A stretch of 33,083 nucleotides of DNA from Jimgerdemannia flammicorona. Its lineage: Eukaryota. Where the stretch lies: contig RBNJ01000323.1 of assembly GCA_003990765.1 (NCBI GenBank), forward strand, positions 1 through 33,083, read 5' to 3'. The stretch's first letter is position 1; each line of letters opens with the position of its first letter. The notes beneath the pieces are model-generated. The model had not been told where the DNA came from, did no database searches, and saw nothing but the letters and a program-made list of their open reading frames with translations. Positions 1 to 17,462 of the stretch are shown here, piece by piece. The translations under genes were made by a program, and so were the position numbers.

Positions 1-339
1 ATCTGTGACAGCCATCTCCCCTCCCATCCCGACATCACCCGAAAAGCAGTCACCTACACCAGAACCGCGCTCGCCGGGAAGCTCGCCAAAGCCAGAGGGC
101 CCCACCACAGGCACCGAGGACCTGCAGGTAACCTACACTGAGCACTTGACGCCCAAGATCGGCCGACTCCCTACGTAGCCCGAGACACACCGAGACAGCA
201 CCTTGTTGATGACGGCAAAAGGAAGAAGGTGCCGCACCAAAACAGATGCACTCCAGATGCAGCTGAAGACACCAGAAACCGTGAAAAAGTGGAGAAGACA
301 CCGATCTGACACCAATAAAGGGGCAACTCATCATCATTG

Positions 340-1651
340 CCCTCCTCCCACCATGCCTAGACTATTTATGAGTTTAGACGCTATCTGGGTAGTCCTCAAT
401 GACATCACCATTGATTGCATCATCTCTGATAAAGTAGTTGTCTAGGAATAATGGTTCACGGATTACTTCTCCTTATTGGTTGAGGTAATAATACATTGGA
501 ACTTCATCTCCATCTCACAAGATAGCATCATCTGTCTTGTAGGCTGGATAAGGTGTTGGTGGGCAAAGGATGGGTATATTGTCTTTGCTTTTGTCGGATT
601 CACTGTCTGCATACCTTCTATAGGTTATAGCACTATGAGTTGTAGGATTGTAGTAAGCTGGTGGCTGTGGTTCATGTTGCTCGTACTCAGGTGGTGGAGT
701 GGTTGGTTCAATCTCAAGGGTTGTCTGGAGATACAGATCATGTTCTTCAGTTTCTTCATTATAGTTGAAATAATCAGGAGTGAATGCAGGTTGGTATTCA
801 TGCCAGTGGTCATTGTCTCAATAAGTCTCGTATGCAGTTATGAACTATTGTAAGTTCATTGGCAAGGTTGGCGGAGTGATCAGGGTTGGCAGAGATCCTT
901 GGCTAGAGGTCATGTCAGCATCAGAGGGATCATTGTCTTCTGCTTTATCTTCATCGAAGTGGATTATATCATAGATGTCTTTCATGGCGTATCCAACTTG
1001 GGGCATTTGCAGGATATGATCATTGGGGTGTGGGAAGGTTCTGTCTGTGGTTTCGACATACTCGAGGTACTTGTGGTTGAGTTCTTGTATCATATCATCG
1101 ATTTGGCCATAGGACAGAGTAGCAACCATTTCGCTGGTAGTAACTCAGAGGTGGGGAATAAAGGTACTGTACTCATAGAAGAGTTCTTGATGTTTGTGGG
1201 TGATGAGCTTCTGGTGTTGAGACATCTGGGTAATGTCTGTATCGTAGTGGTGTTCAACCATGTCTTCCAGGAGGCGGCCGATCTGGTAGTAGCTTGAGAT
1301 TTGTCCAATTCGGTGGGCCTCGCTAAGCATGTTCAGAGCATTCCATCAGGCTTCCATGAAGTAGAGGGGTGCTAGGCTATGAATATTCATGAGGGGACGT
1401 AGCTCAGTTGACAATAGCATTCCAAATGTCAGCACGGATACAGTTGTAGATCTCAGTGGTCATGTTTGTATGTTTGGAAGTTGTAGTTGTTGTTTGTTTT
1501 GGTTCTCTGATTCGACACATCTCGATGCTCGGTATATATGCATTTGGTCCTGATTGGTAAGATTCTGTTTGTGTAGATCTTGTGTTCCATGACTTCGTAT
1601 TGACTTAGCTTTGTGCACTGTAACTTCAGTTTGACTCAGCTTCATGATCAA
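340..1651 (-). pseudogene. Decayed long ORF of unknown function (acidic, Tyr/Pro-rich), probably TE- or virus-derived
   Basis: Track ORFs 1460..1651, 1145..1330 and 845..1129 share one frame, which continues to about 340. The stops checked are TGA/TAG (1460, 1145, 845, 818), compatible with CGA/CAG decay. No recognisable domain. Confidence 0.45.
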
Positions 1652-1739
1652 GCGGGTGATTTCCAGATTTGTTCAGAGGTCGCATGTAATTTCGGTGGCT
1701 TGGAGGTTGTGCGCTTACAGAGTGAGTATATAATATACC

Positions 1740-2400
1740 ATATCTTTAATATATTTAAAAATTCTTTTAATAATACTCTAATGTGAATTATTATAGCAAA
1801 ATAAGTACTATACCATCTTATTCACAGTATATAGGATATTAGGTCTTGTTTCTAGCATAAGATATATAAGAGATGTAACTACTTACTAATAGAGAATATT
1901 GTTATTTTTGTTTATCTCTAGTATAGTATTAAGCTTCTTTAACTTTACTAAAGTCTCTATAGGAGTGCTGACAGATTTTCATTCACTTATATTAAAGCAT
2001 TTTAGGATAGCTTGGATGTAAGTAGACTGTGAGGCATGCATGCTTCTATCACATATAATGAATATCTCCAAAAGGAAGGATATATCACCTATGTCTGTTA
2101 TCTTAAATTCCTTATAATAGGGCTTCTTTAACTCTGTTAAGCCTGCTTTTCATCACAATGATAATTATGTCATCCACCCATATACCTATAAAAGCCACTC
2201 TATCAGCATAGTGGTGAACATATATGCATTTATCTGCTTTGCAGCATGTGAAACCATTGTCAAGGAGATATTTATTGATTTTTCTATTCCACAGATGGAC
2301 TGCTTGCTTGAAGCCATATAATCCTTTACATAGTTTATTCAGACCAACTTGTGTAATCTTCGGTATACATTTCAGACCTGAATGCTTATGTGGTTTCTTG
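1740..2400 (-). mobile_element. Degenerate Ty1/Copia reverse transcriptase (RVT_2) fragment
   Basis: KGLYGFKQAVHLW (LYGLKQ motif), GFTCCKADKCIY, IWVDDIII (YVDD motif), then EFKITDIG, SQSTYIQAILKCF and KSVSTPI in increasingly AT-rich decayed sequence. Confidence 0.88.
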
Positions 2401-3309
2401 TCTTCATTATAGGATGAGGTTATCAAGCAGGAGATATTAATGGCGGAGATTGGGCGGCATGTGTTGCGTGCAAAAGGAACAACCGTTCGCGAGGTGTTAG
2501 TGTTGCACAGGTTATCGTGCCAAGTTTGAGTATGTCAAAATGGAGGCATATTGGGATTTAATACAGGCCACCGTACAGACCATTTTCGCATCTCTGCAGC
2601 TGCCAACGCCCACACGCTTGCCTCTGTAATTTGGTTTTGCCTTGTATAATTTTTTTTTTATTTTATTTTATTTTTTTTTCGCATTCCCTTATCCATACCT
2701 TGCAGCCATCTTTGTACGAAAAAAAACCACATCATTGAATATCACCACTTCTTGTATAAATTTTTTCACTCAAGACCCATATGACCCCAACCGTAGTCTC
2801 GCCTGTTTCTGATGACCCGCCGCCGATTCCCACCAAAACGAGATGTTTGTGTAGATGGGTTCTCCAGTTTGACGCGGTTGTCCTTTTCGGGCCGAACCCC
2901 GATCCGGTGGCTTGTTTCCAATTAAAGTAGTTGTTGGCACACCTATCTGGAATAGTTCTGAGCCTTGCTCGTTGTGTCGGAACGCTCGTCTTTCCCTTTC
3001 GATGCAAACTTTCCGCGCACGCCACTCTTACAGCACATTCGGACTTTGAGGGTTGTTTAAATGTGATTTTAAAAACTCTGCACGAAACCCGTGCCATGTA
3101 ACCACCGCGTGCGACACGTCCTCACACCAAATAGTCGCTGACACTTGTGAGGCTGGAGTATCTTGGTCCGTCAGTGGAGTGTGAAGCAGAGTGGGCAACG
3201 ATCCAAGGGATGTTTGACATTGCTTAACAATTCAAGGAGGGGACTGGCGCACAACACAGTCACAGTTTATATTTTTACGCGACTATCGTTTAGAGAGACG
3301 CAAGCCTCC

Positions 3310-5721
3310 ATGGAGGAAAACCAGAGCCTCCAGATCAGAGCTCGTCCAAACATACCAAACCAATTGCAATGGTCAGATGATAACAACATCGCAATTACAA
3401 CACATCCTTCAATCCACCTTCTGACTCCCGTGCACGCTGGCGCTACCGCAGAGCGACGGAGTTCATTTCTCCACGTCGGCATACCATCGCCATCTTCGTC
3501 CTCGCAATTCAAACCTTCTTTGGAATACGATGAACCTGAGAACATACAAACATCTTACATACTGCCTGAGGGATACAGATGTTCCTCCTGGTCTCCGACC
3601 GGTGTGTCCAAGCTGGACGCTTGCTTGCTCGCCACCGTTACTACCAGCCACCGGGTCCTCATCTACGGTCCCAAGGCGCATCCTGCGAACTCGGAATGGA
3701 TCCAGGTGGAAGACGTCACACCGCAGCTCGAGAAACTGTACGCATCTAACGGAACCAATTGTAGCTTTGCCTCGCCGACAGAGCTGAACAAGTTTCAGAC
3801 TGTGTCGATCGCATGGTCAACCAAACGTTCCTTCATGGACTCCCCCCTGTCCGACCCCAACGATATATCGGTCATTGCGCTGGGAAGCAAAGCGGGAACC
3901 GTGACGCTGTGGGGCTACCATCGTTCCTCTGGTGCACGCTATCTTGCCAGCTTCACGCCCCATACGTCTTGGGTTATCACCTTGGGTTGGTCGCGATGGC
4001 ATCCTATAGAGGGTGGATGTTACGCCTATGTCTCGACCGCGTGCGGGAACGGCTCCGTTGCCTGCACCAAGGTGAGGATCATGCTCGACACCAGCGGCGG
4101 CACGATAGTGAACGCGGATCCACACTCAAATTGGTTTCAACAAGACCGCCACGCCACCACCGTGATCAAATGGTTCGACGAGCCCATTCTTGGTGCCGAG
4201 GATGGATCCCGCCATCACCTTCTGTGCGCCGTGGCCAAGAGCGCTGGCGTCCACATCTTTTCTCTCAGCTCCCTCGCGGGTGCCGGAAACTCCGAATCGA
4301 CCCAATGCGTGAGCTACCGGTTCCCGCTCGGCATGGGCGTGTCAGGTCTCAGCTGGAGCACGGACGGCACGCGTTTGCGCGTCTTCACTATTGATGGCCG
4401 TCACCGCACCCTCCTTGTACCAGTCGCGAAGACGGGGAAACCATTGTCACCATACGACGACGAATCGTCCACTGCCTTCGTCATCCGTCAAATGGTCAGC
4501 AAGTTTAAGCGGCAGGAGGCTGAGGAAAATAGGAGGCAGGCACACGAGGCCGAGGATGATGACGAGGAGGACTCGGACGGGGAGGAACGTGGTGATGGCG
4601 CGAAGGAGCCGCGGATATGGGGCGCTGATGCATCGCCGAATGGGCTCTATGTGGCGTTCGTATACGAGCTGACTTCATCTTTTGACATGGAATATAAGAC
4701 GGAGAAGTTTGATATTTCCTTCCTCGACCTTTGTTTAACGCACCCACGTGCGGACGAGAATGTGGAGGCCGACATAATTGCACGGGTGCGATGGAAGCTT
4801 GCGGACCTAGATTTGCTCTCCCACGACAACGCTACTTCTCTGCTTTGGGACTTCATCGAGTACATGGAATTCGATCCCAATGCAGGGTTTGCCCAGTTCC
4901 GCCTCCTCAACCGATTTTTGAGCGCTATGCAAGAAATCCACAGTAGCGGTCTCGGCACGACCGTATCTCCATCAGAAAATTCCGCATCAGAGGTCAAAAC
5001 TGTTGCCTCGTTCCACCGCACGCTTTACTCGCACCGCGGCCTGAACGCCGCCCGCCTCATGCTCCACCTCGATCAAAACCTTATCCATATCGATCTGCCG
5101 CCCGAGACCCGCGCCCAGCTTCGCGCCGCGTTTGATCCGCTTCCGCATGACATCTGCGAGCACCACACTCGTGCTATTCTCACGCTGGCTCACTCGCGCA
5201 CCAACGCCGAGTTCAAGAACCTGGACGCTAACTCGCTGACGATGCTTATCCTCCTCTGTGATCACGCCCTGATCGCGTACGCACACAGGCCACAGCTCCT
5301 CTCGTTCGTTAAGGCCACCTACACGCGGCTGGCTGAAAACTGCACGGGCACCGCTGGCGCGCAAGGCGTGTTCAAGGGCCTGGAACGCGAGAAGGTCTGC
5401 GTTTCGGACATGATCGTGACGCGCCGGCCCATAGACAAGGGAGACGACGCGTTGCCGGCACGGGAGAAATGCCCTGCATGTGGGGCTGGGGTACCGCTGG
5501 TTTCGGCGTCGGCGGCGGTGTGCGAGAACGGGCATTTGTGGCAGCGGTGTTCGATCACGCTGAGGGTGGTGCCGACGCGGAGAGTGCGGGCTTGCGTTAG
5601 ATGTAATCGAAAGGCCCTGATAGCGGCGAGACAGGGCGAAGTTGGGTCATTATTCGAGGAGGTTTTGAGGGGATGTAATAAATGTGTGTATTGTGCGAAT
5701 AATTTTGCGGGGGCGTTGTAG
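3310..5721 (+). CDS. GTF3C4: Transcription factor IIIC delta/tau60-type subunit (GTF3C4/Sfc9-like), 803 aa, single-exon CDS
   Basis: First ATG of the 3163..5721 ORF is at 3310. N-terminal WD-like TFIIIC_delta motifs LQWSDDNNIAITT and WSPTGVSKLDACLLATVTT. C-terminal zf-TFIIIC-type Cys cluster EKCPAC...AVCENGHLWQRCSITL...RACVRCNR...CVYCANNF. Confidence 0.82.
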   Translation: MEENQSLQIRARPNIPNQLQWSDDNNIAITTHPSIHLLTPVHAGATAERRSSFLHVGIPSPSSSSQFKPSLEYDEPENIQTSYILPEGYRCSSWSPTGVSKLDACLLATVTTSHRVLIYGPKAHPANSEWIQVEDVTPQLEKLYASNGTNCSFASPTELNKFQTVSIAWSTKRSFMDSPLSDPNDISVIALGSKAGTVTLWGYHRSSGARYLASFTPHTSWVITLGWSRWHPIEGGCYAYVSTACGNGSVACTKVRIMLDTSGGTIVNADPHSNWFQQDRHATTVIKWFDEPILGAEDGSRHHLLCAVAKSAGVHIFSLSSLAGAGNSESTQCVSYRFPLGMGVSGLSWSTDGTRLRVFTIDGRHRTLLVPVAKTGKPLSPYDDESSTAFVIRQMVSKFKRQEAEENRRQAHEAEDDDEEDSDGEERGDGAKEPRIWGADASPNGLYVAFVYELTSSFDMEYKTEKFDISFLDLCLTHPRADENVEADIIARVRWKLADLDLLSHDNATSLLWDFIEYMEFDPNAGFAQFRLLNRFLSAMQEIHSSGLGTTVSPSENSASEVKTVASFHRTLYSHRGLNAARLMLHLDQNLIHIDLPPETRAQLRAAFDPLPHDICEHHTRAILTLAHSRTNAEFKNLDANSLTMLILLCDHALIAYAHRPQLLSFVKATYTRLAENCTGTAGAQGVFKGLEREKVCVSDMIVTRRPIDKGDDALPAREKCPACGAGVPLVSASAAVCENGHLWQRCSITLRVVPTRRVRACVRCNRKALIAARQGEVGSLFEEVLRGCNKCVYCANNFAGAL

Positions 5722-6192
5722 GAACAATATATGATTTCGTATACTGGCTTACATCTCCTAGATAGACATTTCGCAGTATTCTCCATCTCCATTTATTCTC
5801 ATCCTCTCCATTGTATCAAACATAGAAACCTGTAGTGCTGTTATAGCGTGTCATCCTACGGGCTTTCTTGTGGATTAGACATTTCGCACATAATAATTTC
5901 ACATGAGTCTCATCCCCCTCATTGTTATTTGCATTTACCGATATCGTCCTCTCTCACCAGTGACACATTCCCGAAACGACCATCCTGATGTCCAATCAAT
6001 ACAAGCTATGGCATGAATACGAATGGCATGTGGCGATAATGAGTTTACCTCGACTAAGGACGCATGACAAAAGAAAACGGTGCCTCCTTTATAAAATTGC
6101 GTCTTGACGCCGATTCCCTCACAATTGTCGCAAATAACTGATCCTTGCCTCTTCCTCACGCCCATCACGATAATCCCGTTTCTTCCCCACTA

Positions 6193-8873
6193 TCATGTCT
6201 TGACACCATATGCGTTTGCTAGCCTGATTACCTCCTCTCGTGGCGGAAGTTCCGAACCTTTGTCGTCAGCGGGTTGGTGGAGGTGGGCGAAGATAGTTTG
6301 TAGAGCTGCCATCGAAGCATATTAATGGTGGGTAAACCAAATTTTGAAACAAGAATAGCAAATCAAGAACCTAAAGAAACTCACCCTCCTTTTCCTTCTT
6401 CTCCATGAACATCACCAACATATCAAACCTCCGCGCTTTACTGAGCCCGCTGAGCACGTCAAAGATATCCTTTTTGCTTTCATTTCTGCAGGTGGATATT
6501 AAGTCAGTATACGGGCCTTTAATGTAATAGACTACACATCGGATTGGGAATACATACGGCACGTAATAATCCTTCAAGATTGCCAGCATCTTTTCTAAAT
6601 GTTCCGATTCTAGCGAGGAGCGGAAGAGGGTTGGGTAGGCGGATGGTGTAATGCACTGTGGGTAACGGCAATTCAGATGATCCGATAATTTGACATGGAC
6701 GGTATTGTACAACAGGTGATTTTCGTTTTCGTGTTTTTGGGGGCGTATGGGCTTTTAAAAGGCGGTTGCGATGTTTAACTTATCTATCTCACCTTCATGT
6801 ACGCATAGACTGCCATATCTCCTCTCGCCTTACACGTCTTCCAATCACGCTCAAACTCATAAGTTGTCTTGGGCGATGTTAACGAAACTGTGGTGACGGT
6901 GGCGGCTGACGTCGGAGGACGAGTTTGGTTCAGCAACGATGCGGCTGCCACGACAATTGGAGGTCGCGGTCCCTTGACAGTGGTACCAGCTTCCTGGATT
7001 TCTTGTACCAGTAGTGTAGCTCGGTTCGTCTGCGCATCTTTTGCAGATGTGACGGGTTCGATTTCATCATCATCATCATCGATTTCCTCAATGACTAGCC
7101 GTTTGCGTGGAACGGCGGTGATTGATTGGCCAGTGGCGGTGGTTGTAGTTTTTTGATTCCGTAATGCAGATGCTGGTGTTGACGAAGGCGATTCTGATGA
7201 TGTGGAGGGTTTTAATGCGGTCTGGCGTAATGGTATGAGATATATGCACCTTCTGTTAGCAACCACACACAACCACCTCCTTCGCCACTATCTCATTTCT
7301 CCACGTCGTCTCCGGTTCGGCTAACTATGCACGCCAAAATAGCCTACCATCTTCGTCAACGGTGCAGTCATGGCAGCGAATGGCTTGTTTGGCCCTATAG
7401 AAGAAGGAGATGGCAATTTTGCGAGTTCCTCTGAGACGGCTTTATTTCCTGGTTCATACTTAAGCGCGAGTTCAAAATCTGGCGGCAAGGTATAAGAATG
7501 TATCTCAGTTAGCTGATTTCAACCTGCCAGCATGCACGCTTATATAATGTCCGCAAAACACTCCACTTTCGGAATCTCAATCCACACATTTGCTAGTTAG
7601 AGCCACACACACACACAAACCCAAACCCACCTATCCTTGCATCTTCCACTCTTCCTAGCTCGCGCCTGGCTATCCCACGGCGCCACAATGCCTTGACGTT
7701 GTCAGGCTGCAGTGCGAGGCCGGAGGTGCAGTCGTTTTCCGCTTCCTTGAAGCTTCGAGTGAAAAAAGAGATATTTAAAATTGGGACATGAGATTTTAGT
7801 GTCTCGCAGCAATATTAATTGGTCAATCTTCTCACACCATCATAGTCAGCAATCATAAAATGAAATTACTTGTTCATCTTCAAATATGCCATAGCTCGAT
7901 TAATTGGGAGTACTGGGTTTGAGGGATCTAATTCCATTCCGAGTGTATAATGCTCGAGTGCCTGTGCGTACTGCCGTTTCTGGAACATGGCGTTACCCTA
8001 TATATATTTCCATTATTTAAGGGGTGAGAAGGGACGAGATCTAGAGGGTACCAGTATCGATCCAACATTTGAGTTTTTGCAAAGACTATATACCAAAAAA
8101 AAAAAAAAAAAAAAATGGGTTGTTCACCTTGTCCTTCTCTGCCAACGCCTGTTCTGTTCTCGGATTACCGTTACCCTTATGTTTCATCTCCGCAGGAGTC
8201 GCAAGCTTAGCTTTCGATTGCTGTGGTTGTGCAGATGCCGCGGAAGTGGCGGCGGTTTTTTTTGGTGTCCCTTTTGTCACGACCGGGGGACCACCGCTGA
8301 TGGAGGACTTGGTACTGAATTTGGATTTCTCGGGGAGGTCGTCGAGGTCTTGAACGGCCTTGTCCTACATAGCGTAGAGATATGCTTCAATATCACCATA
8401 AAAAGACCACTCGATCGAGAGAACCACCTACCGCGTCAAATTTATCCCACGATCTGTAATCGTTTGATGTGATGCGTTCAGTGCCTTTGGCTGCCGATTT
8501 GGCTGTCGCTGTAGTATTTTGGGAAGTCTCTGAAGTGCGAGGCGTCGCAGCATTGTCCGGTTTCAATCGCTTAACAATTGTAGATTTTGGTGTGGCATAT
8601 TCACCCAGGACGATCTCGGTTGTCGCTCTTGGTGAAATTATTTTCTATAAAGGAAAACTCAACACGTTTGCTCTATGAAGTCTGGTCATTCTCTTGCTCA
8701 ATGAACATGTTTACACTTACCTGAGCGGGTACGGGGGTTTTTTTGAGTAGCTGAGAGTCTCTTTGCTTTATTTCGAACTGCCAGTTCTCGAGATCCTCCC
8801 AAATGGATTCCATGATGTCTCGTTGCTTCTGATGCTCTCTATACAGTGGCTTTTCAACACGCTTGCTAGTCAT
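6193..8873 (-). CDS. RPAP3: RNA polymerase II-associated protein 3 (R2TP/PAQosome co-chaperone): TPR clamp plus RPAP3 C-terminal domain; multi-exon
   Basis: N-terminus MESIWEDLENWQFEIKQRD and RITSNDYRSWDKFD. TPRs ALAEKDK|GNAMFQKRQYAQALEHYT...PINRAMAYLKM, FKEAENDCT...NVKALWRRGIAR, DFELALKYEPGN. C-domain PKTTYEFERDWK, ITPSAYPTLFRSSLESEHL, LSKARRFDMLVMFM. GT-AG introns (e.g. 8720-8645). Stop at 6193-6195. Alternative start at 8813. Confidence 0.85.
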
Positions 8874-8941
8874 GTGATATAACCAGTCCTTCAGGCAACA
8901 GACTCGTGGAGCGTTTTGCGTTTTGGTACCCGACGTCGGCA

Positions 8942-9631
8942 ATGCATCTTTTTTTAAACATCAAAGTGGCAGCCCCGCGCCTTGTGCACAACTTTGCCAC
9001 AACGTCCTTTTATCGTACCTCTCGTTGCCAACCCATCTTTCAAAAAACCGAGACACTAGTTGATTACTTGGCCAAACCGCACAAGAACCCTACAAGCACC
9101 GTATTCAAAGGTACAAGCTTTGAACTTGAGGCCAAAGAGGTGCTAGAGAAGTATGGTATGCGTCTACACCACAGCGGTGGTCGCGGTGACAAGGGCGTGG
9201 ATCTCCGAGGGATATGGCAGCTGGAAGCTGACCAAAATTCGCCACCTTACATCATTGCGCAATGCAAAAACGTTAACAAGAAATGCCAACCAGAACACAT
9301 TCGGTCGCTGATTGGCACCGTTGTGGCCGAAAGCCGTACTGAACCTACGATTGGAATTTTTGTCACTTCCAACAAAAATTTTACCAAGGAGGTTGTGGCG
9401 GATTTCAAGAGTTGCCATCTACCCTTGATGTTAGTCAAAATCGCCGACTGTCAATTGAAGAGTCTCGCGCTGAATCCCGCCGCCGAGAAGCTATTGCCAG
9501 GTTATGCTGTCACCACACGGTTTACTACGCAGGGCGTTCCGGAGGTTGTGTTTACGTTTGACGGTCGCATCGTGGAACTCCCAACACCGATTTCGAAGGA
9601 AACCGCTAATCGTACTGTAACAGAAGGATAA
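8942..9631 (+). CDS. RRG7: RRG7 / DUF2034 family PD-(D/E)XK nuclease-like protein, probably mitochondrial, 229 aa, intronless
   Basis: STVFKGTSFE...LHHSGGRGDKGVDLRGIW...IIAQCKN...PEHIRSLIG motifs typical of DUF2034; basic, hydroxyl-rich N-terminus resembling a mitochondrial presequence. Confidence 0.8.
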   Translation: MHLFLNIKVAAPRLVHNFATTSFYRTSRCQPIFQKTETLVDYLAKPHKNPTSTVFKGTSFELEAKEVLEKYGMRLHHSGGRGDKGVDLRGIWQLEADQNSPPYIIAQCKNVNKKCQPEHIRSLIGTVVAESRTEPTIGIFVTSNKNFTKEVVADFKSCHLPLMLVKIADCQLKSLALNPAAEKLLPGYAVTTRFTTQGVPEVVFTFDGRIVELPTPISKETANRTVTEG

Positions 9632-10101
9632 AAAATATTGTGACATTTAACAATTGTAATAATTGTAAAGCAATATAACTTTGGTCTGATCATAACCCAA
9701 TGCTTTTAAGGTCGACTTCTATTGTTCCTTCCTTCTTTCATTGTCTATTGTTCTCCCCTCTATTAGCATCAGCCAACAAAACTAGATACAATAATTCATC
9801 AGCTCTTACATAACCTTGCATGGCCTTATGTCACGTAGCTGTGCTTGCGTTTAAAAAGGGCGTGACCCAAAATATAAACTATTTGGGTTTGTTTTTATTA
9901 TTATTAATATTTTTTGTTTTTTGATTTGATTTTTTCATAAACTATGTACACATCTAGATTTGTCTGCAAAAGAAGTACATACTTCCTATGCTAAACCACG
10001 TAAAATGTTCTGAAGAACTAGGTAACAATCGGATGATAGGATAGCAATCGCAAGAAGAAAAAAAAAAAACATGATTATTGATTACTGTCGCTTTGAAAAC
10101 A

Positions 10102-10136
<35 letters not shown>

Positions 10137-10181
10137 CAGATTCATGCACTCGCGATACGACCATCTTCGTCCAACGGATCT

Positions 10182-16635
<6,454 letters not shown>

Positions 16636-17104
16636 TGTTTATGAGAACAAGGAGAAGTGGACAAAGAACGATGGGAATGGGGGGAGAATTATGAAGAAGA
16701 TCGGTTAAGCGCTTGGCTTAGACCGTCCGGAAAGGACTAATTGCGGGGGAGTGTAGGAGTTGTGGATGGTTTGGGAACGTGTTTTTGGTGTCGACGACGC
16801 GCGCGCGTGTTTGGTTTAATTTTTGGGTCCGGAGGTTTGTGTGGTAGCTGTGGATTATTTGGAATAGGGATCTCGCTCTGGAAAGGCGGTGGACTGTTGT
16901 GTGCAGGTGGCGATGGAGACCCCCCATCTTGTGATCACATTTTGCAAGCATTTTCATTGGCCACCTTGCACATGACGCTAACGTTATTAACCAATCTGTC
17001 GTTTATATCTGTCATTCTGTTTCATCATTGGCCAATATACCGGATTGTCATGTGTTATGTTGAGTATGTCTACGTCATCATAAACGTCACATCATTATGT
17101 ATAG

Positions 17105-17148
17105 TGTGGGAACAATATGAATATATTGTGGGAACAATATGAATATAT
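17105..17148. repeat. Perfect 22-bp tandem duplication
   Basis: tgtgggaacaatatgaatatat x2 in the intergenic region upstream of SNF2. Confidence 0.9.
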
Positions 17149-17462
17149 GGGTAAAATAATTTAGCTACTACAGAAAGGGCAGAATCCCCCCCCCCCATCC
17201 AAGCACGAAATTACAAAAAATAAAAAGCCGCTCTGGGCGCTGCAATCTTATCTAACGGAAACCGCGTAATGTTGTTGTCTTTGTACAAAAACGGGTGATA
17301 GATAAACAATGCAGAGGCGAAGGGGAAAAGGTGTGTGTATAAAACAAGGGAAGATAGAATACATGGAATGTGCATTTCTTCTTTCGAATGCAGGAAAAAA
17401 AGCCAAAAAGGAAAGTTGACGGCTCACTTCATGTAACGGACGGAACTTAACCATCGAACAAC

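Noticed and set aside
2757..2768. RRPE-like motif (TGAAAAAATTT on -) upstream of TFIIIC as a target of the Stb3-like protein
   Set aside because: Imperfect AT-rich match expected by chance; no supporting evidence.
2808..2961. Box C/D snoRNA (TGATGA ... CTGA)
   Set aside because: No terminal stem or recognisable rRNA-complementary guide; such motifs are common by chance.
3175..3215. In-frame TGA in a putative micro-exon (GV*SRVG) as selenocysteine
   Set aside because: No selenoprotein-like motif, no SECIS recognised, and the exon itself is hypothetical.
3163..3309. N-terminal extension of TFIIIC from the track's start at 3163
   Set aside because: Non-ATG start; the recognisable protein begins after ATG 3310.
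10105..10136. Poly(T) run as a retroposon tail (also the A run at 8095-8115)
   Set aside because: They lie in the SNF2 3' region and an RPAP3 intron, with no TSD or element body; simple homopolymers.
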